The notes: a model not told the origin generated them from the letters alone. Numbered from the stretch's first letter, positions 8,155 through 18,981 are shown. The stretch is DNA of 64,000 bases from Candidatus Latescibacterota bacterium (GCA_963761125.1 CAVXFV010000007.1:146786-210785), one strand, 5' to 3'. A program made the numbers and translations.

Positions 8155-11100
8155 ATGTTCATACGCTCGTTCGTTCCCCGCGTCGCGCTTCTGGCCGCGA
8201 CGCTGGCGTTTTTGGCGGTGTCTGCGCGGGTGGCGCGCGCCGTTCCCAACCCGAAGCTCGAGTGGAAGACGATTTCCACCGAGCACTTCGACGTTCACTT
8301 CCACGTCGGCGAAGAATGGACGGCCCAGCAGGTCGCGAAGGTCGCCGAAGAGATCTATCCATTTATCACCGGGCTCTACGACTACGAGCCCAAGCGCTGC
8401 CACTTCGTGCTCCTCGACACCGAGGACTATTCCAACGGCGCCGCGTTCTACTACGACAACAAGATCGAGATCTGGGCAACGAACCTCGAATTCAATTTCC
8501 GGGGAACGACCGACTGGATTCGCAACGTCGTGACCCACGAGTTCACGCACATCGTTTCCATTCAGTCGTCGATGAAGATGCCGCTACGGATTCCGGCGCT
8601 CTATTTTCAGGCCGTCGGATTCGAATCCGAGAAGCGCCCCGACGTGATCACCGGTTACCCCGACCTCATCGTGTCGTATCCGTTCACCGGGACCGTCGTT
8701 CCGGGCTGGTTCGCGGAGGGCGTGGCACAGTATCAGTCACCCGACAAGCAAACCGACTGCTGGGACTCGCACCGCGACATGATTCTGCGCAGCGCGGTCG
8801 TCGAGAACAAGATGCTCACCTACGACGAGATGGGGTTTCTCGGGCATCGCAGCATCGGCAATGAGCAGGTGTACGACCACGGCTACGGCCTGGTGCGTTA
8901 CATCGCCGCGACCTACGGGCCCGAATCACTGGAGAGGATCTGTCGCCGGCTCGGGAAACTCTACCGCCTCACCATCGACGGCGCACTCAAGGACGTCACC
9001 GGCAAGAGCGGCGACGAAGCTGTACAAGGACTGGGTCGCCTGGATGCGCGACCGCTACGACCGCCAGCTCGCGCCGGTCCGGGCGAACCTGCGCGAGGGA
9101 AAGGTCGTTTGCGACGACGGCTTCATGACGATCGAGCCCACGTTCAGCCCCGACGGCAAGCGCGTCGCGTTTCTGTCGAACCGGGGCAGCGACTACTCGT
9201 CGACCAGCCTGTATATGTCCGATCGCGACGGCAAGCATCTCGATCAGATCAAGGGCGGCGTGTCGTCGCGAGCCGTGTTCTCTCCCGACGGAAAACGACT
9301 GGCCTACGCCCGCCATGTCCGGGCCGATGCCTACGGTTCCCAGTTGAGCGACCTGTTCGTCTACGACCTGGCCGCGCACAAGGAAACACGCCTCACCACC
9401 CGGGCACGCGCCGCCGAACCGCAGTGGTCGCCCGACGGCAAGTCGATCGCGTGCGTCCTGAACCGGGACGGCACGCACCGCCTGGCGGTATACGACGCCG
9501 ACGGATCCAACCAGCGCGTGATCTTCGGCGGCGAGGGCGGTATCCAAATCTACGCGCCGGAGTACTCCGCCGACGGTTCGCGTATCCTCTTTGGCGTCTT
9601 CACGCAGGGGACGCGCGACATCGCCTCGGTCGCCGCCGACGGCAGCGACTTTCGCTACGAACTCCGCACGGGCAGCGACGAACGCGACGCACGCTGGACG
9701 CCGGACGGTCGCGGAATCGTGTTCGCGTCGGATCGCTCGGGCATCTTCAACATCTACCGCCTCGACCGCGACAGCGGCCAGGTGACGCAACTGACCAATG
9801 TCATCGGCGGCGCCTTCATGCCCGATCTCGCGTCGTACGACGGCGCCGTGGTGTACTCGCAGTACACGGGGAAGGGATATCGCGTGTCGCTGCTCGGTGC
9901 GGATGCGGCGCCGGTCGACACGATCGCCGAGTCGGAATACACCGTGCGGACGGCGGGCGAATTCGACGAGTGCCGCGCGCTCAAGAGTGACTACGTCGCG
10001 TCGCCCCTGACGCCTTCGTTCGACCAGGCCTCGACGAGTCTCGTGCCCTCCGCTAATTCCACGTCGCAGCAGCCGGCGGCCGGTCTCCCGGAGAACCCGC
10101 CGCTCGACGCGACGCCCTACAAGTGGGACTACACCGGTTTCCAGTTCTACCCGCGGTTCGTGCTGTGGGACAACAAGCCGCGCGCGGGACTGTTCGTGGC
10201 CAACAACGAAATCCTGGAGCGTCAGAGCCTGTTCTTCGGGGGGTCGTACGGGGCCGACGGCGAATACGACGCGGTCGTCGATTTCGAACTGCGGCGTCTG
10301 TTTCCCGTGATCTTCATGGAGTACTACCGCGTGCGCCAGGTGTACAACGACCAGTTCGCGATCGAGGACCTCGATCGCTATTACTATATCAAGTACCGCT
10401 ACGACGTCTGGTCCGCCGATCTCGGGCTTCGATTCGAATTCGAGGACCCGTACAATCTCACGCGGCGCAACGATCTCAAGTTCTGGTGGAATCACAGCGA
10501 ATACAACGTCCACCTCGAGCCCAGGTACGTGCCACTCGGCGACCCCACCGCAACGCCCCGGGCGGAACAGGCCGTCGGCTGGAAGTACTACGTCGCCAAC
10601 GAAGCGCGCGCGAGCTGGTACTACAAGGGGATCAAGCGCTCCGTGGACAGCGATATCAATCCGCGTGGCGGGCGCGAAATCGCGGCCGAGGTCATGTACG
10701 CGAACGACGATCTGTTCGTCAGCGGCGAATTCGACTACGGCGTCAATCCGAAGTTCACGCGTTTCCGGTTCGGCCAGTACACGCTCGACTGGCGCGAGTA
10801 TCTCGCGCTTCCGGGCTGGCGGCACACGCTGCAATTGCGCCTGATGACGTCCTTGATCGACACGCCCGTCGACGACTTCTTCTGGGTGTACATGGGCGGA
10901 ATGGATCGACTGCGCGGCTACACGTATTATGCGATCGGCGGAGAAAAAGGCGCGCTCGCAAGTGCGACGTACCGGTTCCCAATCTTCCGGCAGATCGACA
11001 AGCAGCTGTCGTGGCTGACCTTCAAGGATCTTTACGGCGGCGTATTCTTCGAGGCCGGAAGCGCGTGGCAGGGTCCCGCGAGCACGAACAAGAAGGTCTA

Positions 11101-11284
11101 TCGGAGCGCGGGGGGCGAATTGCGTCTCAACATGGGATCGTTTTATTCCTACCCGACGACACTCAACGTGACCGCGGCCTACGCCATGGACAAGGCGGTT
11201 TATCAGAACCCGATCTCCGCGGTCGCGCCGGTCAATTACGATCCGCAGTGGCGATACTACGTCGTCATGGGCTTCTCGTTCTGA
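8155..11284 (+). CDS. secreted gluzincin peptidase + PD40/TolB-like beta-propeller + Omp85/BamA-like beta-barrel fusion (one frameshift near 9018)
   Basis: Signal peptide; HEFTH and WFAEG; repeated SPDGK; C-terminal barrel with LRGY and terminal F. ORFs 8155-9990 and 8861-11284 join at GKSGDE|LYKDW if one base is removed. Confidence 0.8.
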
Positions 11285-11354
11285 AAATGCGCGACCGGCA
11301 CTTGACAGCCGGCCGCGACTGATATTGATTTTCCGTAGCGACCCGAACGCGGCC

Positions 11355-11389
11355 ACGATCCCCACGGCCGCGGCAGCAACGATCCCCAC
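11355..11389 (+). repeat. 11-bp direct repeat ACGATCCCCAC x2 in a 5' leader
   Basis: Copies at 11355-11365 and 11379-11389, downstream of TTGACA at 11302. Confidence 0.6.
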
Positions 11390-11418
11390 AGAATTTCAAC
11401 CAGACCGGGAGGCCAGAA

Positions 11419-11742
11419 ATGAAATCTGCCATCCTGCGGGTCGTGCTCGCGCTTGCCCTTTGCGCGGCGACGGGGGATCACCTGTTTGCCGACGCTGCGA
11501 CGGGCGGGATTTACGGGCGCGTGACCGCCAAGACCACCGGACAACCGCTCGCGTACACCAATGTGATCATCGTCGCAACCACCATGGGGGCGATGTCGCT
11601 CGCCGACGGCGCGTTCACGATCACCGGGGTGGATGCCGCGAAGTCGGCGCTGGGTGACGACCGCTATGGGGACCGCGCCGAACTGATCGACCTCGCCACT
11701 GCGTGCAAGTCGCTCACACCCGTGCTCGCGACCGACCGATGA
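11419..11742 (+). pseudogene. internally deleted carboxypeptidase-regulatory-like / YfbK-type vWA protein remnant
   Basis: Signal peptide, then half a CarboxypepD_reg-like domain (GIYGRV..GQPLAYTNV..DGAFTITGV) joined directly to a YfbK-like C-terminal helix (AKSALGDDRYGDRAELIDLA). Confidence 0.55.
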
Positions 11743-11801
11743 GCAGTGCGATGGCACAAGGGAGGAACGGGACGGGGTAACGAAGACGGTCCCGGCGGGC
11801 C

Positions 11802-13139
11802 TTACGGAGCGCGACGGAAGAGGAGCGCTGCCACCGGGTCTTCGAGGAGTCCAGCAACCACCCGGTGGCCCTCGAGGGTGAGGTGGTCATGGTCGACGAA
11901 CACATCCGACGGCGATGCCCCGGTCGTTCGGATGTGATCGACCAGCCGGGGCAGGAGATCGACGGCGGGGATGTCGTGCGCGTGGGTGTAGTCGTCGATC
12001 ACGTGCTGCGGTGCCGAAAGGTCCGCCGGATCGTCCAGTTGAGTCGCGAACGGGAAGACGGCGATCAACACGGGAATTTCGTGCTGGTGACAGAGGTCCA
12101 CGATGCGCTGGAGATCGGCGAGCGCAATACCCCACGCGGTTCGGACGTTGGGCTGGTCGGGCGAACGCATCAACGTGTCGACCTCCAGCATCTCCTGACG
12201 GATCGCGCCCAGGCGGGCGTCCTTTCCGAGTACGCGTCTCGCCTTGATCGCGCGGATGACACGGCGAAGTTCGTAAACGAGCGCGCTCTTCGAGAGCACA
12301 CGGTCGAGGCGCGACGTATAGGTGTGGCGCAGCTGAAATCCTTCGTCGCCCCCGCCGAAACGCGCGAGGTGGAACATCTCGGTGACATCGTTGAGTACGA
12401 AGCCGATGACCACCAGATCCGGCGCGTACTTGATTCCTTCCCGGACCATCACGATGGCCTCCTGCCACTGCGAATAGCCCTCGACCGAGAGATTCACGGT
12501 TTCGACCGGCACCGAGTCGCGCGCGGCCAGCGACTCGCCGACGAGATACGGAAACGTGTCCTGCCAGCGCGCGATACGGTATCCGAACGTCACCGAATCC
12601 CCCAGGTAGACCATGCGGCGCGTTCCCGGCGTGCGCGCGTAGGGCACGACGGGTCCGCGGAAACCGCGCTCGTTGATCGACACCGTCACGCCGCCCCACT
12701 CGGCGACCGCGCCCGGGCGAAGCTTCCATCCCAGATCGTCGTCGCGCTCGAACAACGTCGTGGTCTTCTCGCTCTCGGGCGCGAATGTGCGCATTCCGAT
12801 TTCGAGCCACCCGAGCGGCACCGCGACGACGATGATCGCCAGAACGATCTTTTCCACCTGCCCCCGCCGAAACCAGCGGTCGACGGCGGGAACGCGTGCG
12901 ATGACGATCGAAACGAGAATCAACGCCGCGCCCACGATCAAGTACATGAACTGCGCATGGTGAACGTGCCACGCGTCCGGAAAGGCGACGGGAAGGTGGA
13001 ACATCGCGCGGGCGGCGCGGACGGCGAGACCCACCGTCCAGCGATTGTGAAGGACGGCGGCGGCGAGAAACGCGACGCCCGAAAGCGCAACGAGGAGTTG
13101 CGCGATGCCACGGGTCGGTGCGGGTGCGGATCGGTCCAC
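11802..13139 (-). CDS. membrane-anchored SGNH/GDSL hydrolase
   Basis: Three N-terminal TM segments; LGDSVTFG, LND and DHDHL motifs. Start GTG 13139 estimated. Confidence 0.85.
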   Translation of the reverse strand: MDRSAPAPTRGIAQLLVALSGVAFLAAAVLHNRWTVGLAVRAARAMFHLPVAFPDAWHVHHAQFMYLIVGAALILVSIVIARVPAVDRWFRRGQVEKIVLAIIVVAVPLGWLEIGMRTFAPESEKTTTLFERDDDLGWKLRPGAVAEWGGVTVSINERGFRGPVVPYARTPGTRRMVYLGDSVTFGYRIARWQDTFPYLVGESLAARDSVPVETVNLSVEGYSQWQEAIVMVREGIKYAPDLVVIGFVLNDVTEMFHLARFGGGDEGFQLRHTYTSRLDRVLSKSALVYELRRVIRAIKARRVLGKDARLGAIRQEMLEVDTLMRSPDQPNVRTAWGIALADLQRIVDLCHQHEIPVLIAVFPFATQLDDPADLSAPQHVIDDYTHAHDIPAVDLLPRLVDHIRTTGASPSDVFVDHDHLTLEGHRVVAGLLEDPVAALLFRRAP

Positions 13140-13159
13140 GGCCGTCGCTGTGCGGGACG

Positions 13160-13654
13160 CTACGCGTCCTCGGCCGGGCGGACGGAACCGGACCAGTCGT
13201 GCTCGTAGAGGTCGTACTCGGCCTTCGACATGCCGACGTTCTCGTACGTCTTCATCGCGCGATCGTTCTCGCGGTGCACGTAGAGCCGCAGGCCGCGGAC
13301 GTCCGGATGCCGGCGCGCAAGCGCTTCGATGTGGCGGTAGATTTCGCGGAACACGCCGTGCCGTCGGTACTCGGGTTCGACGTAGACGCTCTGCAACCAC
13401 CACAACACGCCGTCGCGCCAGTCGGTCAATTCGAATGTCAGCATGGTCGTCCCGACCGGTCGGTCGCCGACCTCGGCGATGAAATAGCGGGCGAGTTCCG
13501 GGTGCGAGAGTCCGCGACGCACCCCCGCGGTCAACGTGGCGTCGTCGAGAATCCTGCCTTCGGATTCCAGCGCGAGCTTCTTGTTGTACTCGACGAGCAG
13601 AGAGACGTCGAGTTCGCTGGCGTCGCGGATCGTGATGCGTTCGGATGCGGGCAT
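13160..13654 (-). CDS. GNAT family N-acetyltransferase
   Basis: QSVYVEPEYRRHGVF, LRLYV..ENDRAMKTYENVGM. Confidence 0.92.
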   Translation of the reverse strand: MPASERITIRDASELDVSLLVEYNKKLALESEGRILDDATLTAGVRRGLSHPELARYFIAEVGDRPVGTTMLTFELTDWRDGVLWWLQSVYVEPEYRRHGVFREIYRHIEALARRHPDVRGLRLYVHRENDRAMKTYENVGMSKAEYDLYEHDWSGSVRPAEDA

Positions 13655-13697
13655 GTCGCCCCGATGCTAGCCGATCGCGCGGGTGTGCGCAATGGCG

Positions 13698-15131
13698 TCA
13701 GTCGGATGCGACCAGGTGCGGGCGATGAAACGCATGGGCGTCGATGCCGTGGCGGGCGAGTTTGTTCCGGAGCGCGCCGCGACTCAATCCCAGCAGGTCC
13801 GCGGTTCGCGAGACGTTTCCCCGCGTGCGCTCCAGGGTGGCCTCGATCAGGGCGCACTCGAGTTCGTCGAGGGTCACGCGGCCGGGCGGCAGGTCGATTT
13901 CGAGCTTGCCCGCCGAGCGGCGCGCGGGAACCGCGTGCGGACGCACAGCATCGGTCTCGATCGGGAGGTGCTCCGGGTCGATGCGATCGTCTTTGCACAA
14001 CAGCACGGCGCGTTCGAGGACGTTCACCAGTTCGCGCACGTTGCCGGGCCACGGATATTCCCGCATCAGTGCGCGCGCCGCCGGAGACAGCACGAGGTCC
14101 GGTTTGCCGAACTTCTTCTTGAACGCGCCCAGATAGTGCGCCGAGATCGACTCGATGTCGTCGAGGCGCTCGCGCAACGGCGGCACGTGGATCTCGACGA
14201 CGTTGAGTCGGTAGAAGAGATCCTCGCGGAAATTCTTGTCGCGGACTTCGGCGCGAATGTCGCGGTTGCTGGCGGCGATCACGCGGTTGTCGACGGAGAT
14301 TTCGCGGTCGCCGCCCAGACGCCGGAATCGTTTGGTGTCGAGAAACTTGAGCAACTTGGCCTGCGTGACCAGCGGGATCTCGGTGATTTCGTCGAGGAAC
14401 AGCGTCCCGCCGTCGGCGAGTTCGATGATGCCGACCTTCTGTCCGCGCGCGTCGGTAAACGCACCGGGCTCGTAGCCGAACAACTCGCTCTCGAGCAGCG
14501 TGGGCGGGATGGCGGCGCAGTTGATTTCGATGAACGGGCCCTCGGCGACCGCCGAGCGTTCGTGAATCGTATGCGCGAACAGACTCTTTCCCACCCCGGA
14601 TTCGCCGAGCAGAAGCACGGACGTCGTGGCGCTCTCGGCGACGCGGTCGATGAGATCGAGCACGTGGCGAATGGGTTCGCTCATGCCGACGATCTCGTCG
14701 ACCTTACGCGACCGTTTGGATGCCCGCGCGTATTCCTGCCGCTCCCGCCGCAGGTGGATCTGCGAGAGCGTCTGCTCGAGGAGTTTGTGGAAATCGCCTT
14801 CGTCGATCGGTTTGAAAACGAACGCGCGCGCGCGGATCTCCATCACCTTGCGGTCCAGGTCGGGGAGGTCGCGGGGCACGCACAGGATGATCTGCGCGGC
14901 GGGGGACAGGGCGCGCGCCTTGTCCAGAACCGAGCGCGCGGTTCGGAACGAGACGTCGTCGGAGACGCCGAGGAGGACCATATCGACGCGCGTGCCCTCG
15001 ACGTCGAGGTCGGCCGGATTGATCAGCCGGATCGGCTGGGAGAGCCCGCGCAGCAGCCCGCGAATCTGCTCGACATCCCAGTCGCTGGAATCGATTACGA
15101 GAATGTTATAGGCGTCGTGCGTCGTCTTCAT
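13698..15131 (-). CDS. sigma54-dependent activator (NtrC-like) with atypical receiver domain
   Basis: GESGVGKS, ESELFG, GAFTDA, LFLDEI, WPGNVREL and Fis-type HTH. Start MKTTH at 15131. Confidence 0.92.
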   Translation of the reverse strand: MKTTHDAYNILVIDSSDWDVEQIRGLLRGLSQPIRLINPADLDVEGTRVDMVLLGVSDDVSFRTARSVLDKARALSPAAQIILCVPRDLPDLDRKVMEIRARAFVFKPIDEGDFHKLLEQTLSQIHLRRERQEYARASKRSRKVDEIVGMSEPIRHVLDLIDRVAESATTSVLLLGESGVGKSLFAHTIHERSAVAEGPFIEINCAAIPPTLLESELFGYEPGAFTDARGQKVGIIELADGGTLFLDEITEIPLVTQAKLLKFLDTKRFRRLGGDREISVDNRVIAASNRDIRAEVRDKNFREDLFYRLNVVEIHVPPLRERLDDIESISAHYLGAFKKKFGKPDLVLSPAARALMREYPWPGNVRELVNVLERAVLLCKDDRIDPEHLPIETDAVRPHAVPARRSAGKLEIDLPPGRVTLDELECALIEATLERTRGNVSRTADLLGLSRGALRNKLARHGIDAHAFHRPHLVASD

Positions 15132-15180
15132 GGCCGCGCGAGGAACTTCCGGAAATCGACGGAATTGACGAGGGAGTCCG

Positions 15181-15196
15181 TGCAAGGAACATGCCC
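15181..15196 (-). promoter_or_regulatory. sigma54 (-24/-12) promoter of the NtrC-like gene
   Basis: Minus strand GGGCAT-GTTCC-TTGCA, 50 nt upstream of the start. Confidence 0.5.
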
Positions 15197-15318
15197 GGCG
15201 CGCCGATCTCCCTTGCCGCCCGGTGCACGGGTGCGGTACCGTTGAAGACGTCGGGTCGGACCCCCTGCGACCCGGGGAGTGTCCGCTCGATTCCGTAACA
15301 CCGATCGGAGTTCGTTTC

Positions 15319-17106
15319 ATGAAGCATTGTCGTTTGCCGGTCGCAATCGGCGTCGCCGCCGTGGCCGTGTCCCTGATGTCCTGCAGCAAGGATTCGCCGA
15401 CGCAGGAGACGCCCGCGAACACGCCCGTGGTCAGCGGCGTGAGCGCGACGATCGTGTCGCCCGGCGACACCCTGGAAATCACCGGCTCCGACTTCGCGAC
15501 ACCCGCCAGTCAGAACCAGGTGAGGTTCACCAATCCGCTGGGCGTGTCGACGCCGTTCTCCGGCAGCTCGACGACCTTGCGCGTTGTCGTCGACCAGGAC
15601 GCCACGACCGGTCCGGTGTCGGTTACCGCGAACGGGCTCACGGGCGCGGGGCCGTCGGTGGAAGTGCGGCGCGGGATCGGCGACTTCTTCGTCTTCGGCG
15701 GACTCGGCAGTTCGCAGGTGCTTTCGCTTCCCAATCCGACGGCGTCGACGAAGTACCTGGTGATTCCGCACGCGACGAATGCCAGCCTCCCGTATTCGGA
15801 GGATGTGTCTTTCGCGATCACCACGCAGAACGTGGTACCGACTGCCTCGGCGTTCGCCGCCGGGAATAGGGCCGTCGCGCTGGATCCCAACGAAGCGTTC
15901 GAAGCCTGGCGCTGGGACCAGACGCGCCAGATCATCGAGCGCGCGGGCGGCCCGGGCAGGTTCACGCAGCCGATCAGTCAACCGGGCGCGCGCTCGGTCG
16001 CGGCGGATATTCAGCAGTTTCGTCAGTTCTATGTGCTCAACACGACGACGGGCAGCGTGATCAGTCCGTCGAGCTACGATCGAGTAACCGCGCAGCTTCG
16101 GTATACGGGGACCAAGTGCCTGGTCTATGCGGACGTCGATACGTTCACTGCCGGCAACAACTTCAGTGGTGCGGACCTGCGCGAAATCGGTGCGGCGTTC
16201 GACGATTCGATCTCGGCCACCGATGTGAGTTACTTCGGGCCGTATTCAGACATCGACCACAACGGCAAGGCGATCATCCTGATTACCCCGGTCGTCAACC
16301 GGCTGACGCCTTCGGGGAGCGGTGGATTCATCGCGGGATTCTTTCTGTCCGTCGACCTGCTCTCGCCGCCCAACGTACCCGCAAACGTCACCAACCAGGC
16401 GGAGATCTTCTATCTGCTCGCGGCTGATCCGAACGGACAGACGGGCAACAGTTTTCCGATCGATTTTGCGCGCAACGAAAACATCGGTACGACCGCGCAC
16501 GAACTCCAGCACATGATCAGTTTCTCCTGGCGCATTTTTCACGAGAATGGCGTGACCCAGGAGACGTGGCTGGAGGAGGGAATGGCCCATATGGCCGAGA
16601 ACCTCAATCATATGAACAGCGCCAATATTGCGCGCGCCAATAGATACCTGAACTCCCCAGGGGGCATTTCGCTCGAGCACAACACGGCCCCGCTCGAGCA
16701 GCGCGGCGGTATCTTCCTGTTCCTGCGCCTGATGGCCGATCGCTATGGGACCGGGATCCTCAAAGAGATCGTGCAAAGCCAGAACACCGGGAGGGCGAGC
16801 GTACAAGCTGTCACCGGCCGGAACTTCTACGACCTCGTCGCGGAGTTCCTGGCTGCGCTCTATTTGAGCGGAAAAGGGATCACGGCCGACCCTCGCTTCA
16901 ACTATACGTCGATCGACCTGACTGATTTCAACCCCGTGTACGTCGCCAATCGCGTCTCCGGTGGCCCGCCGGTGGCCGGCAACGTTCGCCGCGCGAGCGG
17001 TGATTTCTACATCTTCAGCGGTGTGCTGGGAAGCAACTCCGAGTTCACGTTCATCGACGACCTCGGAACGGGTCGCCTGCGTCAGGCGATCGTGAGGGTC
17101 CAGTGA
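15319..17106 (+). CDS. lipoprotein with IPT/TIG domain and M30-like zinc metallopeptidase
   Basis: Lipobox LMSC; TIG pattern PGDTLEITGSDF; DIDHNGK; HELQH followed by WLEEG. Confidence 0.8.
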   Translation: MKHCRLPVAIGVAAVAVSLMSCSKDSPTQETPANTPVVSGVSATIVSPGDTLEITGSDFATPASQNQVRFTNPLGVSTPFSGSSTTLRVVVDQDATTGPVSVTANGLTGAGPSVEVRRGIGDFFVFGGLGSSQVLSLPNPTASTKYLVIPHATNASLPYSEDVSFAITTQNVVPTASAFAAGNRAVALDPNEAFEAWRWDQTRQIIERAGGPGRFTQPISQPGARSVAADIQQFRQFYVLNTTTGSVISPSSYDRVTAQLRYTGTKCLVYADVDTFTAGNNFSGADLREIGAAFDDSISATDVSYFGPYSDIDHNGKAIILITPVVNRLTPSGSGGFIAGFFLSVDLLSPPNVPANVTNQAEIFYLLAADPNGQTGNSFPIDFARNENIGTTAHELQHMISFSWRIFHENGVTQETWLEEGMAHMAENLNHMNSANIARANRYLNSPGGISLEHNTAPLEQRGGIFLFLRLMADRYGTGILKEIVQSQNTGRASVQAVTGRNFYDLVAEFLAALYLSGKGITADPRFNYTSIDLTDFNPVYVANRVSGGPPVAGNVRRASGDFYIFSGVLGSNSEFTFIDDLGTGRLRQAIVRVQ

Positions 17107-17711
17107 CGATCACGACGGCCCGTCTGCGCTCGATCGTTCTCGTCGCGGTCGCGACGTCGCTGGGTGCGGGATTCGCCGCGTGCGGGTCGGGGGTTCGCGT
17201 CGTCGATGACTTCAACGACATCGAAGTCGGGCAGCACGTAAGCGTCGACGGCGTCCTGTCGCTGCGCGGAAGTACGCCCTTCACGACGCTCGTGGTCCAG
17301 ATGGAAAATGGGACCGTCGTCGCGATTGACAGCGACGACGACGCGATGATGACCGAACTCCGGGGCCTCACCGGATTGACCTGCGAGATCCAGGGGAAGG
17401 TAGTCACGCCGATGACACCCGGCACGGCCGAGATCAAGGCCACGAGCTACGAGGTCCTGCCGCTGCCCACCGGGGAACTCCCGATTGTGGGTCTTCTCTC
17501 GAGCGAGGGCGACCAGGTTGTCCTGACCACCACGAAGGGGAAGCGCTACTGGATTCGCGGCAAACTCGCTGGCGCGATTCAAGAGTACGTCGGCGCGCGC
17601 ATCTGGATCGTTGGAGCCCGCACCGACACCGACGCGCCCGGGAAGCCCAAGAAGTCCACGCCGTTTACACCCACCGGCTACGGGGTCCTCGACGAGGCGC
17701 CCGCACACTAG
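17103..17711 (+). CDS. hypothetical lipoprotein (two small OB-like beta modules)
   Basis: Lipobox FAAC; GTGA overlap with the upstream gene. Confidence 0.65.
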   Translation: MTITTARLRSIVLVAVATSLGAGFAACGSGVRVVDDFNDIEVGQHVSVDGVLSLRGSTPFTTLVVQMENGTVVAIDSDDDAMMTELRGLTGLTCEIQGKVVTPMTPGTAEIKATSYEVLPLPTGELPIVGLLSSEGDQVVLTTTKGKRYWIRGKLAGAIQEYVGARIWIVGARTDTDAPGKPKKSTPFTPTGYGVLDEAPAH

Positions 17712-17904
17712 GTTCTTCCTGTCGATCACGCGACACAGCGCCCGCGCTCGGCGGCGGGCCCTAACGTTCGCGCTCCCTTGGAGCTAGCCCGCGCCGCCTG
17801 ACTCGCGCGCGTTTCTCCATCGTCCACATCCACGCACGGAACCCGGCCGCCGCCCGAATCTCCAATTATTGACGAAGCAACGACTTCCGCCGTCTGTCCG
17901 CGCA

Positions 17905-17920
17905 TGGCACCGGCCTTGCG
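17905..17920 (+). promoter_or_regulatory. sigma54 (-24/-12) promoter
   Basis: TGGCAC-CGGCC-TTGCG matches the consensus, about 65 nt upstream of ATG 17986. Confidence 0.75.
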
Positions 17921-17985
17921 CGGGGTGATCCGTGATTCGGTCCACGAACGGAGCATGCGTGGCAATCGCGAAACGAATTCCGGAC

Positions 17986-18981
17986 ATGGAAACGCCCCCA
18001 CAGCGATTCGATCCGCCGATCATCGGCTCGTCGAGAGCCGCGCACCGATTGCGCGACCTCGTGCTGACTCTCGCCGGGTCCGACGTGACGGTGCTGATCA
18101 CCGGCGACAGCGGGACGGGCAAGGAGGTGCTCGCGCGAAATCTGCATCGGTTTGGCCGCCGTGCGCGCGGGCCCTTCGTGTCCGTCAACTGCGCCGCACT
18201 CGCACCCGGCATTCTGGAGAGCGAACTGTTCGGTCACGACCGCGGTGCGTTCACCGGAGCGGTGCGCGCGCACGCGGGTCTCTTCGAACAGGCGAGCGGC
18301 GGCACGCTGTTCCTGGACGAGATCGGCGAGATTCCCCCGTACATCCAGGCGAAGCTCCTGCGCGTGCTGCAGGAAGGCGAGGTGCGGCGCATGGGCGAGG
18401 GCGGTATCCGTCGCGTGGACGTGCGGCTGGTGGCCGCGACCAACGCCAATCTCGTCGCGATGGTCGCGGACGGATCGTTCCGGAAGGATCTGTTCTACCG
18501 GATCAATGTGGTGGAGGCGCGGGTGCCGTCGCTACGGGAGCGGCGCCGGGACGTGGTCGAACTGGCCACTCATTTCTTCGAATGCCGCGGGCTCGCGGCA
18601 CCCGCGATTCCGGAGGAGACCGCGAGTGTGATGATGGCGTATTCGTGGCCGGGCAATATCCGCGAACTGGAGAACGAGGTGGAGCGCATCGCGGCGCTCT
18701 ACGGCACGCCCGCGTGTCTCGCGCCCGGCATGCTCTCCGACCGCATCGTGACGTCTGCGGTCGACGCGACACTCGACGTCTCGGTCCTGTGCGAGTCGCC
18801 CCTCGCGAGCGCGGTGAGCCACCTGGAAGAGAATCTTCTCAAGCGCACGCTCGCGCAGACCAACTGGAACAAGTCCCAGACCGCGCGCCGCCTCGGTCTC
18901 TCCCGGCAGGGGCTGATCAAGAAGATCAAGCGCTACGGCATCGAGCGCGACCCCATCCCGCCCGACGAGAAGTCCGCCTAG
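17986..18981 (+). CDS. sigma54 enhancer-binding protein lacking an N-terminal regulatory domain
   Basis: [30 protein letters not shown] and C-terminal HTH; the AAA domain starts about 10 aa from the N-terminus. Confidence 0.92.
   Translation: METPPQRFDPPIIGSSRAAHRLRDLVLTLAGSDVTVLITGDSGTGKEVLARNLHRFGRRARGPFVSVNCAALAPGILESELFGHDRGAFTGAVRAHAGLFEQASGGTLFLDEIGEIPPYIQAKLLRVLQEGEVRRMGEGGIRRVDVRLVAATNANLVAMVADGSFRKDLFYRINVVEARVPSLRERRRDVVELATHFFECRGLAAPAIPEETASVMMAYSWPGNIRELENEVERIAALYGTPACLAPGMLSDRIVTSAVDATLDVSVLCESPLASAVSHLEENLLKRTLAQTNWNKSQTARRLGLSRQGLIKKIKRYGIERDPIPPDEKSA

Noticed and set aside
9000-9030. Programmed ribosomal frameshifts (also at 24085 and 55349)
   Set aside because: No slippery heptamers or homopolymer tracts; the pattern fits consensus errors
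11752-11767. sigma54 promoter (TGGCAC AAGGG)
   Set aside because: No -12 TTGC/GC, and no downstream gene on that strand
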